Source: Carpediemonas membranifera BICM (lineage: Eukaryota > Protista > Fornicata). From it: a stretch of DNA of 64,000 nt. A program made the position numbers and the translations under genes. The stretch covers positions 470,214 through 534,213 of the forward strand of contig JAHDYR010000053.1 in the NCBI GenBank assembly GCA_019828565.1. Direction: 5' to 3'. Position 1 is the stretch's first letter. The number at the start of each line of letters is the position of its first letter. Shown here piece by piece: positions 1 to 9,208 of the stretch. Below the pieces are notes generated by a model. That model was not told where the DNA came from and ran no database searches. It worked only from the letters and a program-made list of their open reading frames with translations.

Positions 1-1923
1 CATCGGTTGATGCACTATGGGCTATTGAGCACGCGAGACGTGGGTTCAAAGCGACCCACATTGGGACTCTGGACGTGGCTAAGGCCTTTGACCGTGTCCC
101 GAGGAGAGATGCATTGGACTCGTTGAGGGGGGAACAGAAGGGCCATTGAGATGTTGAAGGAGATGCATTTGCACACAAGGATCTCTATGCGAGGTAGCAG
201 CACTAGCGCCGCTACCAACACAGGAGTACGGCAAGGATGCACCACTGCTCCCTTCATCTTCACAAGATACCTTGCGGAAGTCCCTCACATCATTGCAAGC
301 TTAACCGCTCTAGGGAAGGAAGCAATTGAGAAGCTTCCTCCCGACATAGAGACCCTGAGACGAGTGGCAGCAAGGCCGTGCGTTCCCTGGATTGTCACAG
401 TCCTGTTCGTTGATGACATTACAATAGTAGCTCCCTCCCTTAAGTGGTTGGAGGCAGCACTTACGGCGGCATGGACATGCATGCTAGCGCTATCCTTGGA
501 GCCCAACGATAAGACCACCTATGTCTCAGAGGACGACACCCCCTCCCTCACCATCCATGGCAATCCAGTCATTAAGAGAGACGCGGTCAAGCTCCTAGGG
601 GTCCTCTTCGATACGTCCCGAGACTTCTCCACCCAGAATAGGACTATGGGCGAAAGGATAGACAGAGAGCTACGACTACTGAGAGCTAGCGGCGTGATGC
701 ACTCCAAGTTCTGTCCTCGCATTGTAGAGGTCTACACCCTCCCCAAGCTGCTGTACGGGTGGAGCGTCTGGGCTAATCATAAGGCTGTCTCCCAGGTAGG
801 CAAGCTTGCATCGGCAGCCCTAAGGATCAGCCCAACTGCATCGGAGGCGAAGTACCTGGAGCTAGGCTGGCTGCATCCAGAGGCAATGCTCCTGCTGGAC
901 AGATTCAAGCAAGGGGTGAGATGGGCGAGAATCCATCCGGGCAAGGATCTCCCAGACTGCATTGCTGAGGCACAAGGCAGCCTTGGCCTGTCCCACTCCG
1001 ACAGCCTTGACCTAGCAGCCTGTCGAGCAGCCCAGCTCTCTCACGACATAATCTGCCGTGGTAACAAAGTGGCTGTCAGGAGATACGTCACGGAGTCGGC
1101 ACTCACCCGCCCTTTTACCCGCTCTAACTACCCGGCCAGGCAGCCATACCTCGACCATCTAACGGCTGGGCCAGCGAAGCGCCTCGCGATGCTACGGCTA
1201 TCGTGTCTACCAATGCCAACGAGAGGGGCTCTTCCTGACGCGTGGCAGCCGGTCAGGGGAATCCTACAGGACCTGAAGGATGAACCGGAAGCCGCCGCAG
1301 CTCTTGAGGCATGTCCTCTCTGTCAGGGTGAGGCCATCGCCGCGGCTGTGATTGAGATCCTGACGTCCCCTACCAAGACCTTAGCAGTGCTGAGATCCAG
1401 GACGTGGGTTGTCCTGAACCAGACCCACTTGGCTAAGTGCGACCACTTCAAGATTAACCCCATCCTCCTTTTCAAGGACCCCCTGACCCTGAGCAGGCGT
1501 GACGACGCCAAGCTCACACATATGTTGAGTGTACTTTGTGACGCGTGACTGGTAGGTTCCCTCGCTTACATAGGAAAACGCCACCGTCCTCCCCGGTCTC
1601 AGGACCTCCTCGATCATCGTCCTGAGGGGAGCCCCATCGGGCTCGGAGCACAGAGTCCCGCAGCGCCAAGAGCTGGAAGTTGTGAGCTGGCCGACCCGCG
1701 TGGGTCATCTTTTTACCCTTCTTCGAAGGGGTTTTAGGCCCTCCTCTCCCTGCAGCTTCAGAACAGTACTCTTGGGCGCCGCAGCTCTGGCTTCCAATGT
1801 TATGAGAACCGTTGCCCTCCTGCGGCTGATCACCGCTCGTCTGGCTCGGGTTGTGGCCAGTGCCTGGAGGTGGACACCCCGGCACTGTATCAAAAAATAA
1901 ACTCAAAAACTCAAAAACTCAAA
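1..1923 (+). mobile_element. Non-LTR (LINE-type) retrotransposon, 3' portion (runs off left edge)
   Basis: RT motifs LDVAKAFD (frame 3, nt ~69-92), GVRQGC..P and LFVDD; C-terminal RLAMLRL/CPLC..H..C zinc knuckle; 3' UTR ending in AATAAA (1896-1901) then CTCAAAAA-CTCAAAAA-CTCAAA tail. Confidence 0.85.
3..1548 (+). pseudogene. LINE reverse transcriptase ORF, 5' partial, with a frameshift in the G6 run at 127-132
   Basis: Frame 3 carries DVAKAFDRVPR and stops at ~147-149; frame 1 (151..1548) carries QG and FVDD motifs; removing one G joins them. Confidence 0.75.
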
Positions 1924-3509
1924 GCTATCAAGCTCACCCCAACCCAGCGCACCAGGACCCAACTAGCTATCTTTTCGGACAACACCGCGGCCATCGCATG
2001 GGTCAACCGCCAGGGCTCCCCATGTCTCGCCGACACGGCCATTCGACTCCTGCAGGATATCTTCACCACGGCGAACACGAAGAATGTCGATATTCACTGC
2101 TTCCATATCGCAGGGCACCTCAATGTCCAGGCGGACCGGCTGTCGAGATTCGCAAAGCTCGATTGGCACTCACCCCGCGAGGTACTCGAGACGATAATGG
2201 CCAAGTGGGGTCCGGCGGAGATAGACGTCACTGCATCTCCGGACAAGAAGCTCGCACTGCCAGGATTCGTCAGGAAAGCTTGGTCCCTCGACGATCACGG
2301 CTTCCAGCGCTCCTGGACCGGCGCCAGGATCTATCTGGCTCCGCCGACAGCGCTTTTGGGAGCGGCACATCGTCGTCTGGAGAAGATTCGGACGCCTCAG
2401 ACCCCGACTACGTCCCCTCGGACGTGGAGGTCAGCGGCAATACTCCTCTTCCCCGATCTCAACTCACCCGAAGTCAGAGCGCTGAAACGGCTGTCCCAAC
2501 ACAAGATGTATCTCAGAGTCCACTCCTCGCACATGCTCAACACGGAGCTATCCTGGACCGAGAGGCAAGGAAAGATCAGAATGATTGCGATGATCGTCAA
2601 GACCCGTTCGACGAACTCCTCCGCCACGACAGGCTATCTCACTTCCGAAACGAGTCATCGCGCCGCTCAGCGGCTGGCTGGGTCTCTAAGTTCGTCCTAT
2701 CGCGACAGGCAGCCCTCTCCGACGCCGAACAACTCAGAGCATTCCTCCTCGCCGAGGGCGAGACCACTGGCCCGCAGAGTATCCACAGAAAGGGCTACTG
2801 GATCTGTCAAGCGGCTCCACTCGTCTCCAACTGGCGACCTCCGCCAGAAGCCAGGCAGATCATCAAGAGTGCGGAGAACGTAGCATCTCTCGACGGCCTA
2901 ACAGGAGGCGCACTACCGGTGACCAGAGCCCAGGTCCGCAAGGTCGTCGACAGGCGACGCTCCTCACCGAAAGCGTTCCAGGTAGCGCTGTTCGCTGCAC
3001 TTACATTCATCTCAGTCAGCCAGGGAGGCGAGATCTTCGGCCTGACGAGAGGCGACATCTCTTTCGATGAACAGGGCAACGCTATGCTCTGGTTCCCCCG
3101 CACCAAGACGGCCAAGGGCATCCATAAGCTTATTCCTAACAGGTCATGGGACCGCTTCAACCCGGCAAGAGCCCTCAAGGCCTGGGTCCCAACTGCGACG
3201 CGACACAATTCCGACTCGATCTGGCGCATGATCGGTCCATCGGGAGGTATATCACTCACGTGTCCACTTGCAGCGTCCACCCTCCGCACATGGATCCACA
3301 GCGCCTTCGGCCCGAGCGTTTCATGGCACTCCTTCCGCAAGGGGGCAGCTACTGAGCTGGCAGTGGCCAACACAAACACGGAGGTCCTCCTTTCAATGGG
3401 CACGTGGTCATCTACGAAGAGCATGCTGAGGTACATGGGTAACGGGGTACGCACCCATCCAGGGGTCCAGGGTCACCTGGCCTCAATTCTACTACAACCA
3501 CCACTCTAA
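1851..3509 (+). CDS. Tyrosine recombinase (DIRS YR), overlapping pol in another frame; true start uncertain
   Basis: RTKT, HSFRKGAAT, MGTWSS, LRYM motifs; first catalytic Arg position reads Q (SQGGE). Confidence 0.85.
   Translation: MWPVPGGGHPGTVSKNKLKNSKTQSYQAHPNPAHQDPTSYLFGQHRGHRMGQPPGLPMSRRHGHSTPAGYLHHGEHEECRYSLLPYRRAPQCPGGPAVEIRKARLALTPRGTRDDNGQVGSGGDRRHCISGQEARTARIRQESLVPRRSRLPALLDRRQDLSGSADSAFGSGTSSSGEDSDASDPDYVPSDVEVSGNTPLPRSQLTRSQSAETAVPTQDVSQSPLLAHAQHGAILDREARKDQNDCDDRQDPFDELLRHDRLSHFRNESSRRSAAGWVSKFVLSRQAALSDAEQLRAFLLAEGETTGPQSIHRKGYWICQAAPLVSNWRPPPEARQIIKSAENVASLDGLTGGALPVTRAQVRKVVDRRRSSPKAFQVALFAALTFISVSQGGEIFGLTRGDISFDEQGNAMLWFPRTKTAKGIHKLIPNRSWDRFNPARALKAWVPTATRHNSDSIWRMIGPSGGISLTCPLAASTLRTWIHSAFGPSVSWHSFRKGAATELAVANTNTEVLLSMGTWSSTKSMLRYMGNGVRTHPGVQGHLASILLQPPL
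1924..2883 (+). CDS. DIRS pol C-terminus: RNase H (5' truncated) plus Dam-like N6-adenine methyltransferase domain
   Basis: IFSDNTAAIAWVNRQG and HIAGHLNVQADRLSR (DIRS RNase H); DW..WGPAEIDVTAS..GF..W..IYLAPP (DIRS MT domain). Confidence 0.85.
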   Translation, partial: AIKLTPTQRTRTQLAIFSDNTAAIAWVNRQGSPCLADTAIRLLQDIFTTANTKNVDIHCFHIAGHLNVQADRLSRFAKLDWHSPREVLETIMAKWGPAEIDVTASPDKKLALPGFVRKAWSLDDHGFQRSWTGARIYLAPPTALLGAAHRRLEKIRTPQTPTTSPRTWRSAAILLFPDLNSPEVRALKRLSQHKMYLRVHSSHMLNTELSWTERQGKIRMIAMIVKTRSTNSSATTGYLTSETSHRAAQRLAGSLSSSYRDRQPSPTPNNSEHSSSPRARPLARRVSTERATGSVKRLHSSPTGDLRQKPGRSSRVRRT

Positions 3510-3643
3510 ATCACGACGGGAGTCGTGGGGCAGTGACGATTAGCACGGTACCGACATTCTTGGACGCGAACCCACGAGGGGTTGGTCGGGGGGCCCACTT
3601 GCGTGCCTGTGGGCCAACCATTAGCACGTTGCCGGCGGGATAT

Positions 3644-3692
3644 CCCCGTTGGTTAATGAAAAGAATGTCATGAGGCTAGGATAGCTAGCTGG
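3644..3692 (+). repeat. 49-bp direct repeat B1 of the DIRS/PAT element
   Basis: ccccgttggttaatgaaaagaatgtcatgaggctaggatagctagctgg, identical to 3956-4004. Confidence 0.95.
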
Positions 3693-3955
3693 CGCTACAT
3701 CGTCAGTAAGGTTACCTCGGGTAACGGGCCCGGAGCGGAGGGCGATGCGATAGCCTCACTCCGGGCAAAAGGTGTTTCGCCGGTCAGGCGAGTCACGCAG
3801 TTTATGCGGACAGAATGGCGCAGGGTTCGGATCCGCCGGATCCGACGGCACGGTACCAGTTACGACTGGTATACTCCTTCTCCCTCGGTAAGCGGAGAGG
3901 ACTTCACGTTTAACTTACACTAGCTTCCTCGTTAACATTGTGTAAATTAAGCGCC

Positions 3956-4004
3956 CCCCGTTGGTTAATGAAAAGAATGTCATGAGGCTAGGATAGCTAG
4001 CTGG
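3956..4004 (+). repeat. 49-bp direct repeat B2 (probable element right terminus)
   Basis: Identical to 3644-3692. Confidence 0.95.
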
Positions 4005-4067
4005 GCCATTTTCGAAGGCGGCTTAACCTGCGGGCCCGCCAAAAGTTTATCGCGCAATCCCAAAGTT

Positions 4068-4141
4068 TGCTCTGTGTGGGGCTCGAACCCACGACTTTCG
4101 GCACATAAGACCAACACGCTAACCAACTGCGTTAACAGAGC
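4068..4141 (-). tRNA. tRNA-Ile (anticodon UAU), intronless
   Basis: Cloverleaf GCTCTGT/ACAGAGC-A, D arm ACGC/GCGT, anticodon loop CT-TAT-GT, T arm GTGGG-TTCGAGC-CCCAC; TTTT terminator about 25 nt downstream. Confidence 0.93.
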
Positions 4142-5039
4142 CATCATCCGCGAAAAGTTCCGATTTTCAGATACAGTTGGTAAACTGTACGGAAACACTA
4201 CATTTGTTCACTTTGAGAAAGCGGTATGTTCAGGCCCAAGGGAGCCAACGTCAACTCGGCTAGCGTGGCCGACGGTATTTAGATTCGATTACGATTTGCC
4301 GGAGAGTGCAGGATCGAATCGCAGCGCCTCCTCAGTTGAGGAGAGCCATGGCAGAAGATGATAACGAAGCAATTGGCGGCAACGACGCCGCCATCTTCGG
4401 TTGCGGGCGACGCAACCCCTATCCGCCGCGAGGCGTGAGCCGGACGACCCTGGTACGGTCGCCGGCGCGAAATATATTCCGCTTACACAGACTCTAATCA
4501 GCGTAAAAATTTCTCCCTCCATGGTTTTAGAGCAGCGAGACTGCCTAGTCGTCTGCACGTCAGACTGAGCAATTTCGAAATTTTCGTTTTTTTGTCGTCT
4601 CACATAATCATCCAAGTTGTGCTGAGCCACAACCGTCCAACATACGAAATCGATTCAACTCTGCGAGTATTTCTAGTTATGGTTGAATTGATGCATCTTC
4701 AGCGTCTTCTTCCACAGGAAATCTGCCGACCTGGATTATGGCAAGACTGGCCGAGCCTCGCCACATACTCTCACCACAGCATCGAGCCACCACTATAATA
4801 GTCGTTTTCGACCCCCAAACGCAGCTTCTCTGGACACAACCGGCTGTTCTAGTTTAGCCGGATCAATGGCCTAAGCAACAAAAAAACACGCCATACGCCA
4901 GCTATACAGTCCGCGCATGCCTGCCAAGGCATTCAAACGCTCCAACTTGGCATGCTATCCACCTGAGGTTGGTTTGAGATTTTGGTCAACGCTGGTCCAC
5001 GCAGGTCACATCAGAGAGACGCGAATAGCTCAGTAGGTG

Positions 5040-6158
5040 ATGAATATTCCGATTATAAGCCCTCCTATGACGTCTTCGTCCGTTGTTTTCAGCTCTTCCG
5101 CTTCAAATCATCACGCGGCGCTGTATGGCGGTCTTCGTTCGTCCAACGAGCCGTCTTCTCTCGTCTCTTCTCGAGCCGTCAACGGATCAGAGGAGAGCTT
5201 TCCAATACTCGATGAAGAACAAGACGTGAACAACGCTAAGACGCCTCGCGGTAAGCGTGGGCCTTATTATTCTGCAGAAGTTTTGGCCGACGGCTACAAC
5301 TACCGCAAGTACGGCCAGAAGTTCAGCCGCTCGTCTCCATATCCCACTTGCTACTACAAGTGCGCCCATCCCGGATGCCCAGTGAAGCGCCAGATCTCCC
5401 GTGGCACTGATGGGAGGATCGTCAACTCATACCGCGGCACCCACAGCCACGTGCCTCCCCAGGTCCGCCGCGTCGAGGTCACGACCCAGGAGGAGTTCCT
5501 CGCCGTTGTCCGCGAGGAGAGCAAGTTCCTCGGCGAGTGGGACGGCCCCGCCGACCCCACGCAGGAAGAGGCGAACGCCCGCAAGCTCATCATCGTAGCC
5601 AAGGGGGATATCGTCACGGCAGAGGACGGGTGCCACTGGAAGAAGTACGGCTCCAAGGTCGTGAAGTCGTCGACTATTCAGAAGTCATACTACCGCTGTG
5701 CCCATGCCGGGTGCCACGCCAAGCGGCTCATCCAGAAGCCTGTGAATGACAATGATGAGACCACCGTGGTCTACCAGGGCGGCCACGACCATGCGTTCAC
5801 CCCCAAGGCTGTAGAGATCAAGCCAACCCCCGCCAACCCGCAGGTTAAGCCTGAGCCCAAACCCGAGATCAAACCCGAGATCTCCATGGGCTTCCCGCTC
5901 AACTCCATTACCCCCCTCGCGGCGTCCGATTCTACATTCGACTCTCTCGGCCAGCTCGGCGTCCTGACCAACGGCCAGCGGGTCCTCGTCGTGCCCACGC
6001 CCGACCAGAGCATGAACAGCGCCCTGCTGTACTCTACCGGACTAGGGTCGATCTGGGACAACTCTGTTTCGCACGCTGATCGCCCAGTGGAGTTTGGACT
6101 GGGTCTGGATGCCCTGCCCCCGATTCCCCCAATTTCCCTGGGGAACACGAGTATTTGA
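5040..6158 (+). CDS. WRKY transcription factor with two WRKY domains (group I-like)
   Basis: DGYNYRKYGQK..YYKCAHPGC..HSH and DGCHWKKYGSK..YYRCAHAGC..HDH. Confidence 0.92.
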   Translation: MNIPIISPPMTSSSVVFSSSASNHHAALYGGLRSSNEPSSLVSSRAVNGSEESFPILDEEQDVNNAKTPRGKRGPYYSAEVLADGYNYRKYGQKFSRSSPYPTCYYKCAHPGCPVKRQISRGTDGRIVNSYRGTHSHVPPQVRRVEVTTQEEFLAVVREESKFLGEWDGPADPTQEEANARKLIIVAKGDIVTAEDGCHWKKYGSKVVKSSTIQKSYYRCAHAGCHAKRLIQKPVNDNDETTVVYQGGHDHAFTPKAVEIKPTPANPQVKPEPKPEIKPEISMGFPLNSITPLAASDSTFDSLGQLGVLTNGQRVLVVPTPDQSMNSALLYSTGLGSIWDNSVSHADRPVEFGLGLDALPPIPPISLGNTSI

Positions 6159-6575
6159 GCAGTTTTTACTGCTGTTCATGTATATATGATAAATTTTGCT
6201 GATCAGTGAGATCGATATCGTGAGAAATGTCACCCACGAGTGTCGTTGGCAATTGGCCGCGAGGTGGGGGACACCCATGGGGGCACACAGCATGCATCCA
6301 AGGACCGGAAGGCTGCAAATGAAGGAACACACCCGCATATGACCATATACATCCCGTTGTGACCCACGATATTTTTGGTGACGGCGCAGTCTCGGGGTAT
6401 CCAACCGGATCAGTCTATTTGGGGACTGGTCGCCAGTATTCCAAAAGTATGTTGCCTGGCATGCTGGCATGGAGTGCGACACGATGCCGTGTTGAAGGAT
6501 TACTTGATCGTATCGAATGATGGTTAAACTGCGAAATAATTGGTCCAATCGAACAACTCACATCTTGAGTTTAGG

Positions 6576-8135
6576 ATGGAGACGCCGGATAACAGCGTCG
6601 CTATAGGTGAGATTGATAAGAATCTCCTACTGAAGAAGCGCTTTCGCCTAGTTCGCCAGATCGGCTCCGGGGCGTTTGGTTCAGTATATGTGGCCGTGGA
6701 CGTGCTTACGGCCCGAAAGTTTGCTGTGAAGATGGAGGCTAGAGATGCACACAAGACCTCTGTGCTTAGCGTAGAGCTTGGCGTCCTTAGGAAGCTGAAG
6801 AACCACTCTCGATGCATCCCGTCATACGTTTGCTGCGGAACAACACAGCACCACCACTACATCGTCATGAAGCTGCTCGGACCCGACCTCTCCGCCCTCC
6901 GCCGCAAGATGCCAGCGAAGAAGTTCTCTCTTTCGACGACTCTCCGTCTTGGCGTCGCGATGGTGGACTGTCTCGAGGTCCTCCACACCAACGGCTACAT
7001 TCACAGAGATGTTAAGCCCTCTAACTTCGTCATGGCCCGCCACAGCAGCCGCCTGTACATCATTGACTTCGGTATTGCCCGCAAGTACACGGACGCCATG
7101 GGCTTCGCTCTCCCACCCCGCCAGGACGTCGGCTTCAGGGGAACGGCCCGGTACGCACCCGTAGCCGCCCACCAGCGCCTCGACCTGGCCTGCCGCGACG
7201 ACTACTGGAGCCTGCTGTTCCTCCTGATTGACCTGTACACGGGGAAGCTACCCTGGTCCGGCATCAAGGACCGCGGCGAGATCGGCGAGGCCAAGACCCT
7301 CGCCATCGACTCAGGCTCCCTCATTGAGGGTCTACCCCACTGCTTTACTCAGCTAATGCACTATATCCAGGCCGTCAAGTTCATCGAGCCCGTCGACCAC
7401 GACTACGTCCGCCAGCTGTTCTTGGACCAGATGCAGGCCAACGGTATCGCACAGGACACCCCGTACGACTGGGAGAGCGAGGCGACGCAGCCCACGGCGA
7501 CGTCTGAGAGCTCAGGAGATTTCTCTCAGGGAATGCCAAAGGAACCACAGAAGGCGAACCAAGAGAAACCGGCGCAGTCAGCACACACCCAGCCCGGCAT
7601 CAGCATCAACACACAAGCGGCCATCCAACACAGCAGGGCGGAGGCCGAGCCGAGCCCTGGATCGGGCCAGGTCACCCCACACAGTCAGAGAATGGGGCAG
7701 CACGTGGAGCCGCACTCGCCGATGAGGGTGCCACCCAGGACCAGGGGGCGGAAGGAGGTTGCGGAGGACGATGCGGAATCGATCCTTTCGTTGTCTGCCT
7801 CGGCCAGGTCTGGGCCATCATTCCTCGCATCTACTAGAAGTGGCGTATCTAACATCAATTTCGGAGATACAGACCAATCAGGACTCAGGGCCGAGTCAAT
7901 CAGCCGCTTTTCACTCGCCTCAACCAATGCAATCGACGGAGTCACACCCAGGACGCTGGAATCAGACCCGGGGCGAGGGTCGAGCAGCCTAAACCCGACC
8001 CCGTCTGAGAGTAGGTCCCATGTCCCCCCGCGGACAGACTCGGACAACCCAGGGTTGGTGAAGAGCGTGTGGCAGGCGACGAAAGGGGCGCTGTTGAGCT
8101 GCTTCGCGGATTGCCAGAATTTGGCGCCGATTTAG
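6576..8135 (+). CDS. Casein kinase 1 / tau-tubulin kinase family Ser/Thr kinase
   Basis: IGSGAFG, AVKME, HRDVKPSNF, IIDFG, GFRGTARY; disordered C-tail. Confidence 0.92.
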   Translation: METPDNSVAIGEIDKNLLLKKRFRLVRQIGSGAFGSVYVAVDVLTARKFAVKMEARDAHKTSVLSVELGVLRKLKNHSRCIPSYVCCGTTQHHHYIVMKLLGPDLSALRRKMPAKKFSLSTTLRLGVAMVDCLEVLHTNGYIHRDVKPSNFVMARHSSRLYIIDFGIARKYTDAMGFALPPRQDVGFRGTARYAPVAAHQRLDLACRDDYWSLLFLLIDLYTGKLPWSGIKDRGEIGEAKTLAIDSGSLIEGLPHCFTQLMHYIQAVKFIEPVDHDYVRQLFLDQMQANGIAQDTPYDWESEATQPTATSESSGDFSQGMPKEPQKANQEKPAQSAHTQPGISINTQAAIQHSRAEAEPSPGSGQVTPHSQRMGQHVEPHSPMRVPPRTRGRKEVAEDDAESILSLSASARSGPSFLASTRSGVSNINFGDTDQSGLRAESISRFSLASTNAIDGVTPRTLESDPGRGSSSLNPTPSESRSHVPPRTDSDNPGLVKSVWQATKGALLSCFADCQNLAPI

Positions 8136-8268
8136 GTCATGGTAGATTAAAGACACATTTTTCATGGTGGGCGGGGCATTGGTCTCGGGTATACGTCTCT
8201 TGTTCGTATGTTGTTGGTTTTGTCAGAATAGACCAGCACGGAAGAAACGAGGCAACAAATAGACAGAA

Positions 8269-8907
8269 ATGGCCAGTTCGGCTGATTCAGAGAGAACTGC
8301 ACAGTTCAAAGCACGTGCTGTTCCGAAATCGGTCTACACAGGAGCGAAACTCCCCGAAGTTGAGTCAAAGCCAATCACCATTCCTGAAACACCACAATTT
8401 GCCCTCAAAAACCACGTTGAGCCCCGTCCTGCGCATGTGGAAGAGGAAGTAGCTCTGTTCAAAGCCCGTCCGGTCCCCAAGGAGGTCTACCTCGGCTCTC
8501 TGATGGCCGTAGTGGAACCCAAGCCCATTACCCTCCCAGAAACCCCGAAGTGTTTCGCAGGGGGCCTTGAGCGGACCATTCATGAGCCCGAGCCGGAGCC
8601 AGAGCACAAGTTTAAGGCGAGAGACATGCCCCGCGAAATTTACGAACACCCTGGGAAGCACGGTGTCCCAACGATCCCAAGGAAAGACGCCACAATTCCA
8701 AAGACCCCTAACTTCCCCACAGAGGCGCGTAGACTCGCGTGGGAACAGAAGAAGGCCGAGCAGGAGAGGAAGGAGCAGGAGGAGGCTGCCCAGAGAGCCG
8801 AAGAGGAGGCAGCAAAGGCCGTAGCAGAGAAGGAGGAGCTGAGCAAGCTGAGAGAGACCCTAGTGCACAAGGCGAGACCTGTGCCGAAGTTCTACCACCG
8901 GGAGTGA
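8269..8907 (+). CDS. TPX2-like microtubule-associated protein
   Basis: Three FKAR.VP..P.T.PETP.F repeats and C-terminal LRETLVHKARPVPKFY. Confidence 0.75.
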   Translation: MASSADSERTAQFKARAVPKSVYTGAKLPEVESKPITIPETPQFALKNHVEPRPAHVEEEVALFKARPVPKEVYLGSLMAVVEPKPITLPETPKCFAGGLERTIHEPEPEPEHKFKARDMPREIYEHPGKHGVPTIPRKDATIPKTPNFPTEARRLAWEQKKAEQERKEQEEAAQRAEEEAAKAVAEKEELSKLRETLVHKARPVPKFYHRE

Positions 8908-9208
8908 ATCCCGGGGGTGAAATTGTAAATGTGGCACACGCCGAGCCGTGCCGCGGATGATGGGGTTGTGGGGCTGTGAGTAGTGTGGGATTAGGCTGAG
9001 ACTTGACAGATTGGGACTGAGCTTGCCCGTTTCCTCTTTGTGTCAGCCGCAGCTTTGGGCGTTTGTGTTAGATAAACCGGAATTCCCACTGATTAACCCT
9101 GCACACGCCAGCGAATATCGCTTCAGCACCCATATATTCTCTGCCCGTCGACACTCGTCTGATTCGATTTCGCGCCGACTTCATCGACTCGCACTTTTAG
9201 GCAACGCC

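Larger units (their letters stand above)
1924..4004 (+). mobile_element. DIRS/PAT-like tyrosine-recombinase retrotransposon, 3' portion
   Basis: RNase H, methyltransferase and overlapping YR ORFs, plus split direct repeats at the 3' end. Confidence 0.85.

Noticed and set aside
4068-4141. Intronless tRNA-Ile(UAU) with G37 as an anomaly
   Set aside because: Intronless Ile-UAU tRNAs with a CTTATG loop are known (e.g. in plants), so this is not unusual
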